DNA of 62,923 nucleotides, counting the filler. It is 6 parts of 6 records of this genome, joined end to end, with 100 filler letters (N's around TTAATTAATTAA, not from the genome) between each part and the next. Parts side by side here need not be neighbours in the genome. Positions count along the whole stretch, not along the records: positions 27,482 to 49,351 come from SRR20825010_2562; 5 more parts are not named here. One strand, written 5' to 3'. The notes below the pieces were generated by a model that was not told the DNA's origin, ran no database searches, and saw nothing but the letters and a program-made list of their open reading frames with translations. Position numbers and translations under genes: made by a program. This document shows, piece by piece, positions 34,117 to 44,017 of the stretch (position 1 is the stretch's first letter; each line of letters opens with the position of its first letter).

Positions 34117-35448
34117 ATGAGCGATCTTTTTGCCGCCGATGCCGCCCAGCAGGCTCAGCCCCTGGCGGCGCGCCTGCGCCCCACCCATCTGGATGACTAT
34201 GTAGGCCAGCAGCATCTGGTCGGCGAGGGCAAGCCGCTACGCCAGGCCCTCGATCGCGGCCAATTGCACTCCATGATTCTGTGGGGGCCGCCCGGTACCG
34301 GCAAAACCACCCTGGCGTTGATCATGGCGCAAACCGTGGATGCCGCGTTTATCACGCTGTCCGCTGTGCTTTCCGGGGTAAAGGATATCCGCGCCGCGGT
34401 TGAGCAGGCCCAGATTCGCCTGGGCCAGGGGCGACGCACTGTCCTGTTTGTGGATGAGGTGCACCGCTTCAATAAGGCCCAACAGGATGCATTCCTTCCC
34501 CACGTGGAGGAAGGGACCATCACTTTCATTGGCGCGACCACTGAAAACCCGTCTTTTGAGCTGAACAATGCGTTGTTGTCGCGAGCACGGGTATACCGGT
34601 TGCGTGCGCTGGCGGCGGAAGATCTGACCGGGTTGCTGGCTCGGGCGCTGCATGACCCAAGCCTTAACGGCATGGAACTGGATGCCGAGGCGCAGGAGTT
34701 GCTACTCAATTACGCCGACGGGGATGCCCGGCGGCTACTGAACATGCTCGAAGTCGCTGCGGACCTGGCCGACATGGATACGCCGCAAATTGATGCGGAG
34801 CTGATGCGCGAGGTATTGCGTGACGCGGTACGCCGTTTCGACAAGGGTGGCGACCTGTTCTATGACCAGATCAGCGCCATGCACAAGTCTGTGCGTGGTT
34901 CGGATCCGGATGCTTCCCTGTACTGGTTCGCGCGCATGCTGGACGGCGGTTGCGACCCGCTCTACATTGCCCGGCGCGTCGTGCGCATGGCCAGTGAAGA
35001 CATCGGCAACGCAGATCCGAGGGCACTGACTCTCTGCCTGCAGGCCTGGGATGTACAGGAACGTCTGGGGAGTCCGGAAGGGGAGCTGGCGATCGCTCAG
35101 GCCATTGCCTATCTGGCGGTAGCGCCGAAAAGTAACGCGGTCTACAACGCCTATAACCAGGCGCGCGCGCTGGTTCGCCAGCAGCCCACCGACGAAGTGC
35201 CTCTGCACCTGCGTAATGCGCCCACCCAGCTTATGAAAGACGAAGGCTTCGGTGCCGAGTATCATTATGCCCATGATTTTCCCGAGGCCTTTGTGGCCGG
35301 GGAAAACTACTTTCCGGTGAGCCTGCAAAATACCCGTCTTTACGAGCCGGTGAATCGCGGGCTTGAAATCAAGGTAGGGGAAAAGTTGGCACGCCTGCGT
35401 GAGCTGAACGCCAGCAGCGACTGGACCCGTTACGGGAAGGGAAAATAA
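34117..35448 (+). CDS. rarA: Replication-associated recombination protein A
   Basis: PLAARLRP, GPPGTGKTT, DEVHRFNKAQQD, GATTENPSF, SEDIGNADP. Confidence 0.97.
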   Translation: MSDLFAADAAQQAQPLAARLRPTHLDDYVGQQHLVGEGKPLRQALDRGQLHSMILWGPPGTGKTTLALIMAQTVDAAFITLSAVLSGVKDIRAAVEQAQIRLGQGRRTVLFVDEVHRFNKAQQDAFLPHVEEGTITFIGATTENPSFELNNALLSRARVYRLRALAAEDLTGLLARALHDPSLNGMELDAEAQELLLNYADGDARRLLNMLEVAADLADMDTPQIDAELMREVLRDAVRRFDKGGDLFYDQISAMHKSVRGSDPDASLYWFARMLDGGCDPLYIARRVVRMASEDIGNADPRALTLCLQAWDVQERLGSPEGELAIAQAIAYLAVAPKSNAVYNAYNQARALVRQQPTDEVPLHLRNAPTQLMKDEGFGAEYHYAHDFPEAFVAGENYFPVSLQNTRLYEPVNRGLEIKVGEKLARLRELNASSDWTRYGKGK

Positions 35449-35855
35449 TGTCGGTATCAGCAATTACTGAAGGCGGCATGCTGCCCTGGATTGCGGTGGC
35501 CTGCGGCGGCGCTATTGGCGCCTGTCTGCGTTTTGGTACCAGCCTGTGGGTTGGGGTTCCGGCGATGCCGGCCTGGCCCTGGGCTACTTTCGGGGTGAAT
35601 CTGGCTGGCAGTTTTCTGTTTGGACTACTGGCGGTCATGCTGGCCAGTCTGCCGGTGGGAGACGTGTGGCGACTGGCCTTGATGACCGGCATGCTCGGTG
35701 CCCTGACGACTTTTTCCACCTTTTCGTTTGAGTTGGTGCGCATGGTAGAAGCCAGGGCCTTTTCGCTGGCTGCGGGCTATGCAGTGGCGTCGGTAACGGT
35801 TTGTCTGATGCTCGGCATAGCGGGATTGGCGCTGGGCCGACTGATTTTTGAATAA
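35448..35855 (+). CDS. crcB: Fluoride channel FluC/CrcB
   Basis: GGAIGACLRF, ATFGVNLAG, GMLGALTTFSTF. Start may be 35478. Confidence 0.92.
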   Translation: MSVSAITEGGMLPWIAVACGGAIGACLRFGTSLWVGVPAMPAWPWATFGVNLAGSFLFGLLAVMLASLPVGDVWRLALMTGMLGALTTFSTFSFELVRMVEARAFSLAAGYAVASVTVCLMLGIAGLALGRLIFE

Positions 35856-35919
35856 TGTGGGGAGGTTGGAAGTTTCAGCTTTCAACTCTGCCTTTTTTTG
35901 ATTTTGGAGTAAAAGAAAC

Positions 35920-37209
35920 ATGCTGGATATTCGTGCCCTGCGGCAGGACGGCGAAGCGATCAAGACGGCGCTGAGCAAACGCGGTTACACCCTGGACCTG
36001 GACGCGTTTGCGTCGCTGGATGCCAAGCGCAAGCAGGCCGACATCCGTTCCCAGGAGTTGCAGGCTGACCGCAAAAAAGCCTCCAAGCAGGTGGGCGAAC
36101 TGATCAAGTCCGGTATGGCTGTGGAAGAGGCGAAGGCACAGGTGGCCGACACCCTGCAAACCATTGATGCAGAGCTCGACCGGGAAGTGGCCAGCGCCAA
36201 GGCGATTCAGGAAGACATTCGTGAATTTCTGATGGGCATTCCCAATGTGCCACAAGATGCGGTCCCGGCGGGTAATGACGAAGAGGACAATGTGGAAGTG
36301 CGCCAGTGGGGCACTCCGAAAGCGCTGCCGTTTGAACCCAGGGATCACGTTGATGTGGGCGAAGCCCTGGACGGCGGGCTGGACTTCGAGCGCGCGGCCA
36401 AACTGTCCGGTGCCCGGTTCTCCGTGATGAGTGGCGGGTTGGCTCGCATGCATCGGGCGCTGATCGATTTCATGCTCGACATGCACAGCGATGAGCACGG
36501 TTATCAGGAAGTGTATGTGCCTTTTCTGGTCGGGCCGGAAGCCCTGCGCGGAACCGGACAGCTGCCTAAATTCGCGGAAGACCTGTTCAAGATGGAAGGG
36601 GAGCGAGAGCTATACCTGATCCCTACCGCAGAAGTGCCGGTGACCAATCTGGCGGCGGACGAGATTCTTGAAGCGGACACCATGCCGCGTCGCTACACCT
36701 GCCACACGCCGTGCTTTCGTTCCGAGGCAGGGAGTCACGGCAGGGATACCCGCGGCATGATCCGCCAGCACCAGTTCGAAAAGGTCGAACTGGTGCAGAT
36801 GGTACGCCCGGAGGAATCCGATGCGGCGTTGGAGGCGCTCACTGGGCATGCGGAAGCCGTACTACAGAAGCTGGATTTGCCGTACCGAGTGGTGATCCTG
36901 TGTGGCGGTGATCTGGGCTTTTCCTCGTCCAAAACCTATGACATCGAAGTCTGGCTCCCCAGTCAGCAGTGTTACCGGGAAATTTCGTCCTGCTCCAACT
37001 TCCAGGACTACCAGTCACGCCGCATGCAGGCTCGTTGGCGTAACCCGGAAACCGGCAAGCCGGAATTGGTACACACTTTGAATGGGTCTGCCCTGGCAGT
37101 AGGGCGTACGCTGGTGGCGATTCTGGAGAACTATCAAAACGAAGATGGTTCCGTGACCGTGCCTGAGGCATTGCGTCCCTACATGAGAGGTCTGGAACGC
37201 CTGAAGTAA
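35920..37209 (+). CDS. serS: Serine--tRNA ligase
   Basis: [42 protein letters not shown]. Confidence 0.99.
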   Translation: MLDIRALRQDGEAIKTALSKRGYTLDLDAFASLDAKRKQADIRSQELQADRKKASKQVGELIKSGMAVEEAKAQVADTLQTIDAELDREVASAKAIQEDIREFLMGIPNVPQDAVPAGNDEEDNVEVRQWGTPKALPFEPRDHVDVGEALDGGLDFERAAKLSGARFSVMSGGLARMHRALIDFMLDMHSDEHGYQEVYVPFLVGPEALRGTGQLPKFAEDLFKMEGERELYLIPTAEVPVTNLAADEILEADTMPRRYTCHTPCFRSEAGSHGRDTRGMIRQHQFEKVELVQMVRPEESDAALEALTGHAEAVLQKLDLPYRVVILCGGDLGFSSSKTYDIEVWLPSQQCYREISSCSNFQDYQSRRMQARWRNPETGKPELVHTLNGSALAVGRTLVAILENYQNEDGSVTVPEALRPYMRGLERLK

Positions 37210-37338
37210 GGCTGTTCTGGCGCAACGACGTCGGCTGCGGCAATGCGTGTTCGCCATATGGCAAACCTGTAACGCCGGGTTTATGCCGTTTGCGTCAGGC
37301 GTCATGCATCTAGCGTCCGGCGTTTACCGGGAGCAAGC

Positions 37339-38724
37339 ATGGATTTTTTACCGATCAGTTGGCGTTTGCAGGGCAAAGTGGCTCTGCTGGCTGGCGGCGG
37401 CGAAGTGGCGCTGCGTAAAGGGCGCCTTCTGCATCGTTCGGGTGCGGTTGTGAATGTTGCTGCCCCGAATGTGTGCGATGAGCTGCGCGATATTGTGGTG
37501 CAAAGTGGCGGCTCCTGTGTGGATCGTGCGTTTGCGAGTGCGGATCTGGACGGAGTAGCACTGGTCATCTGTGCCACGGATGATCGCGACACTAATGCCC
37601 AGATTGCCGGCTTGGCGCAGCAACGTGGTCTGCCGGTGAATGTGGTGGATGATCCGTCGCTGGGTGATTTCATCTTTCCTGCCATTGTTGACCGTTCCCC
37701 GGTGCTGATCAGTATCAGTTCCTCCGGCGCGTCACCGGTGCTGGCGCGTAAGCTACGTGCCCAGCTGGAATCGTCCTTACCGGCTCGCTGGGGGCGACTG
37801 GCCGACCTGATGGCCCGCTTCCGTCAGCCGCTGAAAGAAAAACTCGACAATATCGGCGCGCGGCGCCTGTTCTGGGAACAGACCCTGGATAGCCCGGTAG
37901 TGGAGAAAGTGCTGGCGGGCAAGGACAGCGAAGCGGAAGCCATGCTGGCTGCCGCCATCGAATCCGCTGATGCGGCCACCCTGAGTCGAGGCGAAGTGTA
38001 CCTGGTGGGCGCCGGGCCGGGGGATCCGGACTTGCTGACCTTCCGGGCACTGCGGCTGCTGCAAAAAGCCGACGTGGTGCTGTATGACCGCCTGGTGGGC
38101 AAGGGGATCGTGGATCTGGCCCGCCGGGATGCGGAGCTGGTGTACGTGGGCAAGGCCCGCGATAAACACGCGCTGCCCCAGGACAACATAAATGAATTGC
38201 TGGTCCATTACGCTAAACAGGGGAAGAAGGTGTGCCGCCTGAAGGGCGGGGACCCGTTCATCTTCGGCCGGGGTGGTGAAGAAATTGACCTGATTGTGGC
38301 TGAGGGCATCGACTTCCAGGTGGTGCCGGGGATTACTGCCGCCAGTGGCTGTGCTTCCTACGCCGGTATTCCACTGACACACCGTGATCATGCCCAGTCT
38401 GTGCGCTTTGTGACCGGGCACCGCAAGGATGGCTCGGTGGATCTGGATTGGGAGCATTTGGTCAGCGAAACCGAGACGGTTGTGTTCTACATGGGGCTGG
38501 TGGGCTTGCGGCAAATCTGCAGCCAGCTGATCGTCCATGGTCGTGCGGGTGATACGCCGATCGCGCTGGTGTCACGGGGTACCACCAATCTGCAAGAGGT
38601 GATTACCGGCACCCTGAATCAGCTTCCGGACGATATAGAAGGCCGGGAAATCCACGCGCCGACATTGATTATCGTGGGCAGCGTGGTCAGCCTGCATCCC
38701 AAGTTCGGCTGGTTTAAACCCTGA
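37339..38724 (+). CDS. cysG: Siroheme synthase
   Basis: N-terminal GGGEVALRK / [10 protein letters not shown] domain fused to a methyltransferase ([28 protein letters not shown]). Confidence 0.97.
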   Translation: MDFLPISWRLQGKVALLAGGGEVALRKGRLLHRSGAVVNVAAPNVCDELRDIVVQSGGSCVDRAFASADLDGVALVICATDDRDTNAQIAGLAQQRGLPVNVVDDPSLGDFIFPAIVDRSPVLISISSSGASPVLARKLRAQLESSLPARWGRLADLMARFRQPLKEKLDNIGARRLFWEQTLDSPVVEKVLAGKDSEAEAMLAAAIESADAATLSRGEVYLVGAGPGDPDLLTFRALRLLQKADVVLYDRLVGKGIVDLARRDAELVYVGKARDKHALPQDNINELLVHYAKQGKKVCRLKGGDPFIFGRGGEEIDLIVAEGIDFQVVPGITAASGCASYAGIPLTHRDHAQSVRFVTGHRKDGSVDLDWEHLVSETETVVFYMGLVGLRQICSQLIVHGRAGDTPIALVSRGTTNLQEVITGTLNQLPDDIEGREIHAPTLIIVGSVVSLHPKFGWFKP

Positions 38725-38733
38725 AAAGATCTA

Positions 38734-38848
38734 TGTCGGTTTACGGTTACGCCTCTCTGCGCCCTTGGGTAAACCCGATCTAAAGAGCACGGTTTTGTAG
38801 GTCAGATTTACCCAAGGGTACAGAGAGCCTGAAAGGCGTAATCCGACA
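38734..38848. repeat. Inverted pair of GTAG-type REP-like sequences
   Basis: 38734-38782 is an imperfect reverse complement of 38797-38848 (core CCCTTGGGTAAA/TTTACCCAAGGG); the right arm runs GTAGGTCAGATT...AATCCGACA. Confidence 0.75.
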
Positions 38849-38855
38849 GCGGTCC

Positions 38856-39845
38856 TTAAAGCCGTGTCTTATCGCGGTTTTCCCACAGTGCTGCGGCATC
38901 TTTGCGCGCACCCTCCAGGGAGTCCGCCTTGTCGAGCCCCCACAGCGCCACGGCCACGGTATGAATAACCGCTTGTTCACCGTACTCATCACGGGCTTCG
39001 CCGCGCCATACCTTTAACACTGTGTCTGCACTGGGGTCGCCCGGTGGTGTTTGTCGAGGCATGGCGCTATCAATCACTGCGCTTTGCAGTGCCTCGCCAT
39101 GGCGAATGCCTTGAATGGCGGTACGTGCATCCGGGCGGATTTCCAGCTCGCCGCCTTCGCCCTTGAACAGGAGCAGGTCCCGATCACCGGCCAGCGTGGC
39201 CGCCCCTTGATGTAGCTCGATGTAAGCCGGGTGGAAAACACTCTGCATGGACAGTGGTGCCTGGGCAGGGTTGAGGCTGCGGGCCAGGGTGTTGATTGGC
39301 GAGCGAAGGCCCAGGAAGTAACGCAGCGTGAGCATCCGGGCCAGTGCCGGGCAGAACTGTTCCAGGGGCAGATACGCCAGCCCGTGTTCTTCAAGGTGTG
39401 CGTGCGCTTCAGCGACGGTTTGCGCAACGGGCAGGCCCAGTTGCGGCAGGAGCTGATCGGTATACACGCGATTGGGAGTGTGCGCCGGTCCGCCATGGAG
39501 AAAAGTGCGGATGCCGTTGCTGGCCAGTAGCACTGTTGCCAGCAGGTACCAAGGGTGGTGCTTTTTCTTGCCGGCATAGCTGGGCCAGTCCAGTTCCACA
39601 TGGGGCAGCTCGGCAAGGGCCTGGTAGCAGGCGGGTCGGCAGGCATCAAGAAAACCGGCCAGCTCATCCGGTGTTTCTTCTTTTACCCGCAACAGCATCA
39701 GGAAAGCGCCCAGCTGAATATCTTCCACGTTTCCGTCGAGGATGGCCTGCATGGCCTCACGGGCTTCTTCGCGGGTGAGGCTGCGGCGGGCGCGTTTGCC
39801 GCGGCCCAGGGTGCGAACGAAAGGCGCAAAAGCATGTTCAGTCAT
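38856..39845 (-). CDS. Glycosyl transferase family 3 / YbiB-like protein
   Basis: LGAFLMLLRVKEET, LDWPSYAGK, GLRSPINTLAR, FKGEGGELE. Confidence 0.88.
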   Translation of the reverse strand: MTEHAFAPFVRTLGRGKRARRSLTREEAREAMQAILDGNVEDIQLGAFLMLLRVKEETPDELAGFLDACRPACYQALAELPHVELDWPSYAGKKKHHPWYLLATVLLASNGIRTFLHGGPAHTPNRVYTDQLLPQLGLPVAQTVAEAHAHLEEHGLAYLPLEQFCPALARMLTLRYFLGLRSPINTLARSLNPAQAPLSMQSVFHPAYIELHQGAATLAGDRDLLLFKGEGGELEIRPDARTAIQGIRHGEALQSAVIDSAMPRQTPPGDPSADTVLKVWRGEARDEYGEQAVIHTVAVALWGLDKADSLEGARKDAAALWENRDKTRL

Positions 39846-39902
39846 GATTCCATCTCATCGGGTTTAAGGCGTGTTGCGTGAAGCATGGTACGTGGAAGCG
39901 TT

Positions 39903-40157
39903 TCAATACCAGCTGGTGCACGGGCCGTGTTCGGCTATCAGTGTGATCAGACCCGCATGATCTATCACTGGCAGGGCGCTGCCCGGGAGTTGTAAGGAGG
40001 CATGCGCCAGCAGGTAGCCATCTCCTTTCAGTTCCAGCCGTGTTGCAAGTAACAGGCCCGCATCGGTGAAGACGCAAATGTCGCCAGGGGTATAAAGCGC
40101 CGAGAAGCGCTGGCGCGTGTTGTCATCGTCAGGGGAAAAGCCAAGCAGGTGCAACAT
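39903..40157 (-). CDS. tusB: DsrH/TusB-like sulfur relay protein (divergent)
   Basis: MLHLLGFSP...IDHAGLITLIAEH...SWY pattern; follows tusD and tusC. Confidence 0.7.
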   Translation of the reverse strand: MLHLLGFSPDDDNTRQRFSALYTPGDICVFTDAGLLLATRLELKGDGYLLAHASLQLPGSALPVIDHAGLITLIAEHGPCTSWY

Positions 40158-40472
40158 TCAGAACACCAGAATCTGATCGCATTGGGTGCGTAATGATAGC
40201 AGCTCATCATGCCCGAGCGGGTCGGCGCTCACCGGGCAGGGTGTGTTTTCCTCGCGTCCCGGTTTTTCGGTCACGCAGCGCACACCGAAGTCAGTGAGTT
40301 GCATCAGGGTGTCGTTAGGGCACAGTTTTAGCGTGGCAAGGGCAGGGGGCGTAAGCCACAGGGTGGTGGCCTGTCCGAATGCTGCACCGGTGAGCAGCAT
40401 GTCCAGCATCTCCTGGAACTGGCTGGAGAAGGGTTGGCTGCCGGTGGCGATGTAGAGGGTATGGTTAGCCAA
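40158..40472 (-). CDS. tusC: DsrF/TusC-like sulfur relay protein (short, divergent)
   Basis: PFSS...EMLDMLLTGAAFGQ...DQILVF; synteny. Confidence 0.75.
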   Translation of the reverse strand: MANHTLYIATGSQPFSSQFQEMLDMLLTGAAFGQATTLWLTPPALATLKLCPNDTLMQLTDFGVRCVTEKPGREENTPCPVSADPLGHDELLSLRTQCDQILVF

Positions 40473-40836
40473 ACTGGATCACCCGGTCGCTGTTGATGAG
40501 CGCCTCTGCCCATTGTCCCAGCCCTGCCAGAGAGAAGCCGTCCGCCAGTGTGTTGTCCGCGTCGGTGGCGACAATACCCCGGCGCTGGGCGGCACCCACG
40601 CAGACCACGGCATTCACATCATGACGGGCAAGCCAGTGTTGCCACTGCTGGGCGGTGCTGGCTTGGGCGCCATCACCGGTCCAGGCATGACGGTTCGCCA
40701 GATGCACGGCATCCCGGTAGAAGAACAGACAGTGAAGTTGGTGATCGGGGGTGTCGAGAAGGGCTTGGGCAGTATGCAGGGCGGTCAACGCGGCGGCGGA
40801 ATCCGCCGCCGCGTTGACCAGTAGCGAGAAACGCAT
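40465..40836 (-). CDS. tusD: DsrE/TusD sulfur relay protein
   Basis: FFYRDAV, VCVGAAQRRG (catalytic Cys), GLGQWAEA...DRVIQF. Confidence 0.9.
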   Translation of the reverse strand: MRFSLLVNAAADSAAALTALHTAQALLDTPDHQLHCLFFYRDAVHLANRHAWTGDGAQASTAQQWQHWLARHDVNAVVCVGAAQRRGIVATDADNTLADGFSLAGLGQWAEALINSDRVIQFG

Positions 40837-41519
40837 TAATCGTTGCCGCTGAGAGCTGTCAGCAGGTGCAACAAGGACATGAACAGGTTGTAGATGGAAA
40901 CGAACAGGGTCACGGTCGCCATGATGTAGTTGGTTTCACCGCCGTGGATGATGGCACTGGTCTGCCACATGATCAGCAGGGAAGACAGCAGCACAAAGGC
41001 AGCAGATACCGCCAGGCTCAGCGCCGGGATGGCGAAGAAGATGTTGGCGATGCTCGCCCCGAACGCCACCAGAATACCGATCATGATGAAGTTGGTAAGG
41101 AAGCTGAAGTCTTTGCGGGTCACCAGGGCAATGGCCGACATGGCTACGAAAATACCGGCAGTGCCAGCCAGAGCGGTGGTTACGATCTCCATGCCGCCGG
41201 GGATCTGGGCGTACATGTTAATGATTGGGCCGGTGGTGAAGCCCAGCCAGCCGGTCAGGCCGAAGACAGCCAGAATGCCCCAGGCGCTGTTGCGCAGCGC
41301 GTTGGTGGCGAACAGCAGACCAAAATAGACACCAATGGTCAGCCAGACGTTAACGAAGCCGATGTTGCTGGCCATGGCAAACCAGGACGCGCCGGTTGCC
41401 ACAACGAGTGACAGCCCCAGCAGCATATAGGTGTTTTTCAGTACCTGGGCCGCGCGCTCCCCGGAAACGGCAACGCCGTGCTGGTGGGGGGCGGAGTAGG
41501 GGTTGGTCGGGTTATTCAT
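40836..41519 (-). CDS. yccA: Bax inhibitor-1 / YccA family membrane protein
   Basis: VLKNTYMLL, RKDFSFL, IIHGGETNYIMATVTLFVSIYNLF. Start may be 41531 or 41540. Confidence 0.95.
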   Translation of the reverse strand: MNNPTNPYSAPHQHGVAVSGERAAQVLKNTYMLLGLSLVVATGASWFAMASNIGFVNVWLTIGVYFGLLFATNALRNSAWGILAVFGLTGWLGFTTGPIINMYAQIPGGMEIVTTALAGTAGIFVAMSAIALVTRKDFSFLTNFIMIGILVAFGASIANIFFAIPALSLAVSAAFVLLSSLLIMWQTSAIIHGGETNYIMATVTLFVSIYNLFMSLLHLLTALSGND

Positions 41520-41741
41520 GATATCACTCATCCTTGCCAATTGTTCCTGTGATCATAAGGGCGAGGGGGGCAAAATCAAGCGTTAAACCGGCTTTTCGCC
41601 ATCAGAAAGTGCCTGGTGAGTCGTCAAGGATCGCCGGTGATGACGGATGTGCACTTTTGTGACCCTAATCTCGGGATGGCATGGCAAGTGCGCAATACTA
41701 TTTTCGTACTTAAAATGCCTGAGTCTGAGCTGAGGGGCCTT

Positions 41742-42425
41742 ATGAGCGCATTATCGCTGGCTGCCACTGAAAGTGAGCAAATCGAGCTGGCAGCGGTACA
41801 GAATCGGCATTCGTTGTACAACGATTTGCTTCAAGTGCCGGACCTGGCATCGCGTCGCCATGAGCTGGTTTTCGAACAGAAAAACCGGCTGTTGGGCCGA
41901 CACCGCCGGATCATCCTTTTCAATGGTCGCTATCTTGAATGGACGGAGCAGCGTGGCCGGCGCGAGGTAACGCGGATCATCAATCTGGCGTTTCTGGCAG
42001 GCTCGCCAAGTGCTTATCGTGAAATTGCCTGGCGGTCCCTGAGTGTTGCAGTGCTGGCACTCATTGTTGCCGGGCTCCTGTTGGCTGTGGGGCAGGCCGT
42101 TGCCGCGCTGGCTGCGCTGGGGGTGTCCTTGCTGGGTTTGGGGTTTTGCTTGCGGGGCTCGTCCCGGCGCCTGCTGTTCTATACCCGTAACGGGCGGGTG
42201 GTGATGTTCGACTTGTTTGATCAGCGCGGAGACAGAAAGCGTTTCGCAAAGGTGGTTGGCGCGCTGCAGCTACGGGGGGAGCGAGCCTGGAGCCTGTTGC
42301 CCGACAGGAAAGAACGGCTGGCGGCAGAAGTGGCAGAGCACCGCCGGCTGATGCTGGAAGGGGCTATCAACCAGGCGCAATACGAGCGCGCCAAGCAGCG
42401 AATTTTCCGTCGTTATTCCGATTGA
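41742..42425 (+). CDS. Hypothetical membrane protein, 2 TM, SHOCT-like C-terminus
   Basis: GAGGGG before ATG 41742; hydrophobic hairpin; LMLEGAINQAQYERAKQRI tail. Confidence 0.7.
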   Translation: MSALSLAATESEQIELAAVQNRHSLYNDLLQVPDLASRRHELVFEQKNRLLGRHRRIILFNGRYLEWTEQRGRREVTRIINLAFLAGSPSAYREIAWRSLSVAVLALIVAGLLLAVGQAVAALAALGVSLLGLGFCLRGSSRRLLFYTRNGRVVMFDLFDQRGDRKRFAKVVGALQLRGERAWSLLPDRKERLAAEVAEHRRLMLEGAINQAQYERAKQRIFRRYSD

Positions 42426-42488
42426 GCTGAACGGATCCGCTCAGCGATCAAAACTCAACCAGTCGTGCGCGGTATTGTGGCTTCGACG

Positions 42489-42516
42489 TTGACTGGCCTC
42501 ATTGCTCATGTATTAT
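42489..42516 (+). promoter_or_regulatory. Sigma70 promoter of tRNA-Ser
   Basis: TTGACT-16 nt-TATTAT ending 12 nt upstream of the tRNA. Confidence 0.7.
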
Positions 42517-42528
42517 TGCTGCCACCTT

Positions 42529-42616
42529 GGAGGGGTGGCAGAGTGGCCGAATGCACCGGTCTTGAAAACCGGCGACGGGAGACCGTCCGTGGGTTCAAAT
42601 CCCACCCCCTCCGCCA
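42529..42616 (+). tRNA. tRNA-Ser(TGA)
   Basis: GGAGGGG/CCCCTCC acceptor, CCGGT-CTTGAAA-ACCGG anticodon arm, long variable arm, GGTTCAAATCC, ends GCCA. Confidence 0.98.
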
Positions 42617-42623
42617 AACAGAG

Positions 42624-42655
42624 AGCCCGCACTCGATGAGTGCGGGCTTTTTTTT
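42624..42655 (+). terminator. Rho-independent terminator
   Basis: AGCCCGCACTC-GAT-GAGTGCGGGCT followed by T7. Confidence 0.92.
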
Positions 42656-42707
42656 GTGCCGCTCTGCGGCCGTGGCTCGGTTCACGCAACACGCTAGTGG
42701 CTGAAGC

Positions 42708-43751
42708 TTAGTGATCCGCGTTGCCGAGCAATCCAGCAAATGCCCGGATTGCCTCCAGTCCCTGAATGTCATCTTCCTGTAGTGCCAAGTCCTTGCGAGG
42801 TAGCGCGCCCAAAGCGTGCGCCAGCTCTTCCATATGCCGTTGCTGGCGTGCATGACGGGCTGCGAAAAACGCGCTGTCTGCTGTTTCCGGGAGCACCCGG
42901 TTAACCACGGCGCCTGCCACTGGAATACCATTGTCTGTCAGAGAGGCGACGGCGCGTTGCGTCTCGAGAATGGGCAGCCGCTCAGGGGTCAGCACAAAAA
43001 TAAAAGCGGTTTGGGCGGCATCGGACAGTTGCCGGCGAGCGCGGTGGAACAAGCGTTGGCGAGCCATCAGCGTATCGGCGACTTCTTGGCTGCGTGGGTC
43101 CAGGCCTGCGGTGGCGTGATCGGTGGGGTCCTGCAGGGGGCTGTCCACGCTCTTGTCCGGTGTCAGGTGGCCTAATACCTGGCCCAGTTTGCGGGCTTTG
43201 TCACTGTGACGCAGCAGGCCCTGGGTCCAGGCGGCCATGACTTCGGGCAAGCTTAGCAGTCGCAATGTGTGGCCGGTGGGAGCGGTGTCGAAGATCAACA
43301 GGTCGTAGTCACGGCTGTCGACATCAATTAACCGCGAGATGCGCTCTAGCAACGCGGCTTCCTGCGCGCCGGGCGATTGGCGGCTGAGGCGTAACTGCTT
43401 GTCCAGCTCGCGGAATTGGTCAGGAGTGGCAAAGCGACGCATCTGGGCGCTAACCCGGTCCAGGTAGGCCTCGACTTCGTCATCCGGGTCCAGCTCCAGG
43501 GCGGTCAGTCCCGGCGCCAGACAGGTGGGTGAATTGCCGATGGTGCGGTTAAAGGCGTCTGCCAGGCTGTGGGCCGGGTCGGTTGAGACCAGCAGCACCT
43601 TGCGACCCTGGTCGGCAGCGCGGATGGCCAGGGCGGAGGCGGTGGTGGTTTTACCCACGCCTCCCTTGCCGCCCACCATGAGCAGGGTGCGGGAGGCGAG
43701 CAGGGCATCCAGATCAAGGACAGGCTGTGCGACGGTGTCGGTGTCAGCCAT
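42708..43751 (-). CDS. ArsA/GET3-family ATPase (single domain)
   Basis: GGKGGVGKTT, STDPAHSL, DTAPTGHTLRLL, PERLPILET. Confidence 0.93.
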   Translation of the reverse strand: MADTDTVAQPVLDLDALLASRTLLMVGGKGGVGKTTTASALAIRAADQGRKVLLVSTDPAHSLADAFNRTIGNSPTCLAPGLTALELDPDDEVEAYLDRVSAQMRRFATPDQFRELDKQLRLSRQSPGAQEAALLERISRLIDVDSRDYDLLIFDTAPTGHTLRLLSLPEVMAAWTQGLLRHSDKARKLGQVLGHLTPDKSVDSPLQDPTDHATAGLDPRSQEVADTLMARQRLFHRARRQLSDAAQTAFIFVLTPERLPILETQRAVASLTDNGIPVAGAVVNRVLPETADSAFFAARHARQQRHMEELAHALGALPRKDLALQEDDIQGLEAIRAFAGLLGNADH

Positions 43752-44017
43752 CAGCAGCAGCGAAAGTGATCAAGCGGTGAGCGCTCCATGCCCATGCGGG
43801 TGTGCCAGTCATGAAAGCGCTCCATCAGCAGTGGCTGCAATTCCAGGGTGCTCCAGGCGGCCGGGTTGGGAACACCCATCATTTCCGAGAACACCAGCAG
43901 CATGAACAAGTCCTCTTCATCCCGTTTGGCACGGGCAATGGCGGCTCGATAGGGCGCATTGTAATACTGCGCCCCGAGATCGCTGATGCGTTTGAGCCAT
44001 TGTGTCGGTGTCGTCAT
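43751..44017 (-). CDS. Small Cys-Cys-terminated protein (cory-CC-star-like)
   Basis: YNAPYR, DLFMLLVFSEMMGVPNP, FHDWHTRMG, ends FRCC; 1-nt overlaps with both neighbours. Confidence 0.85.
   Translation of the reverse strand: MTTPTQWLKRISDLGAQYYNAPYRAAIARAKRDEEDLFMLLVFSEMMGVPNPAAWSTLELQPLLMERFHDWHTRMGMERSPLDHFRCC

Noticed and set aside
42708-43751. Arsenic resistance operon
   Set aside because: No arsR/B/C/D, single ATPase domain, no Cys-rich metalloid site.
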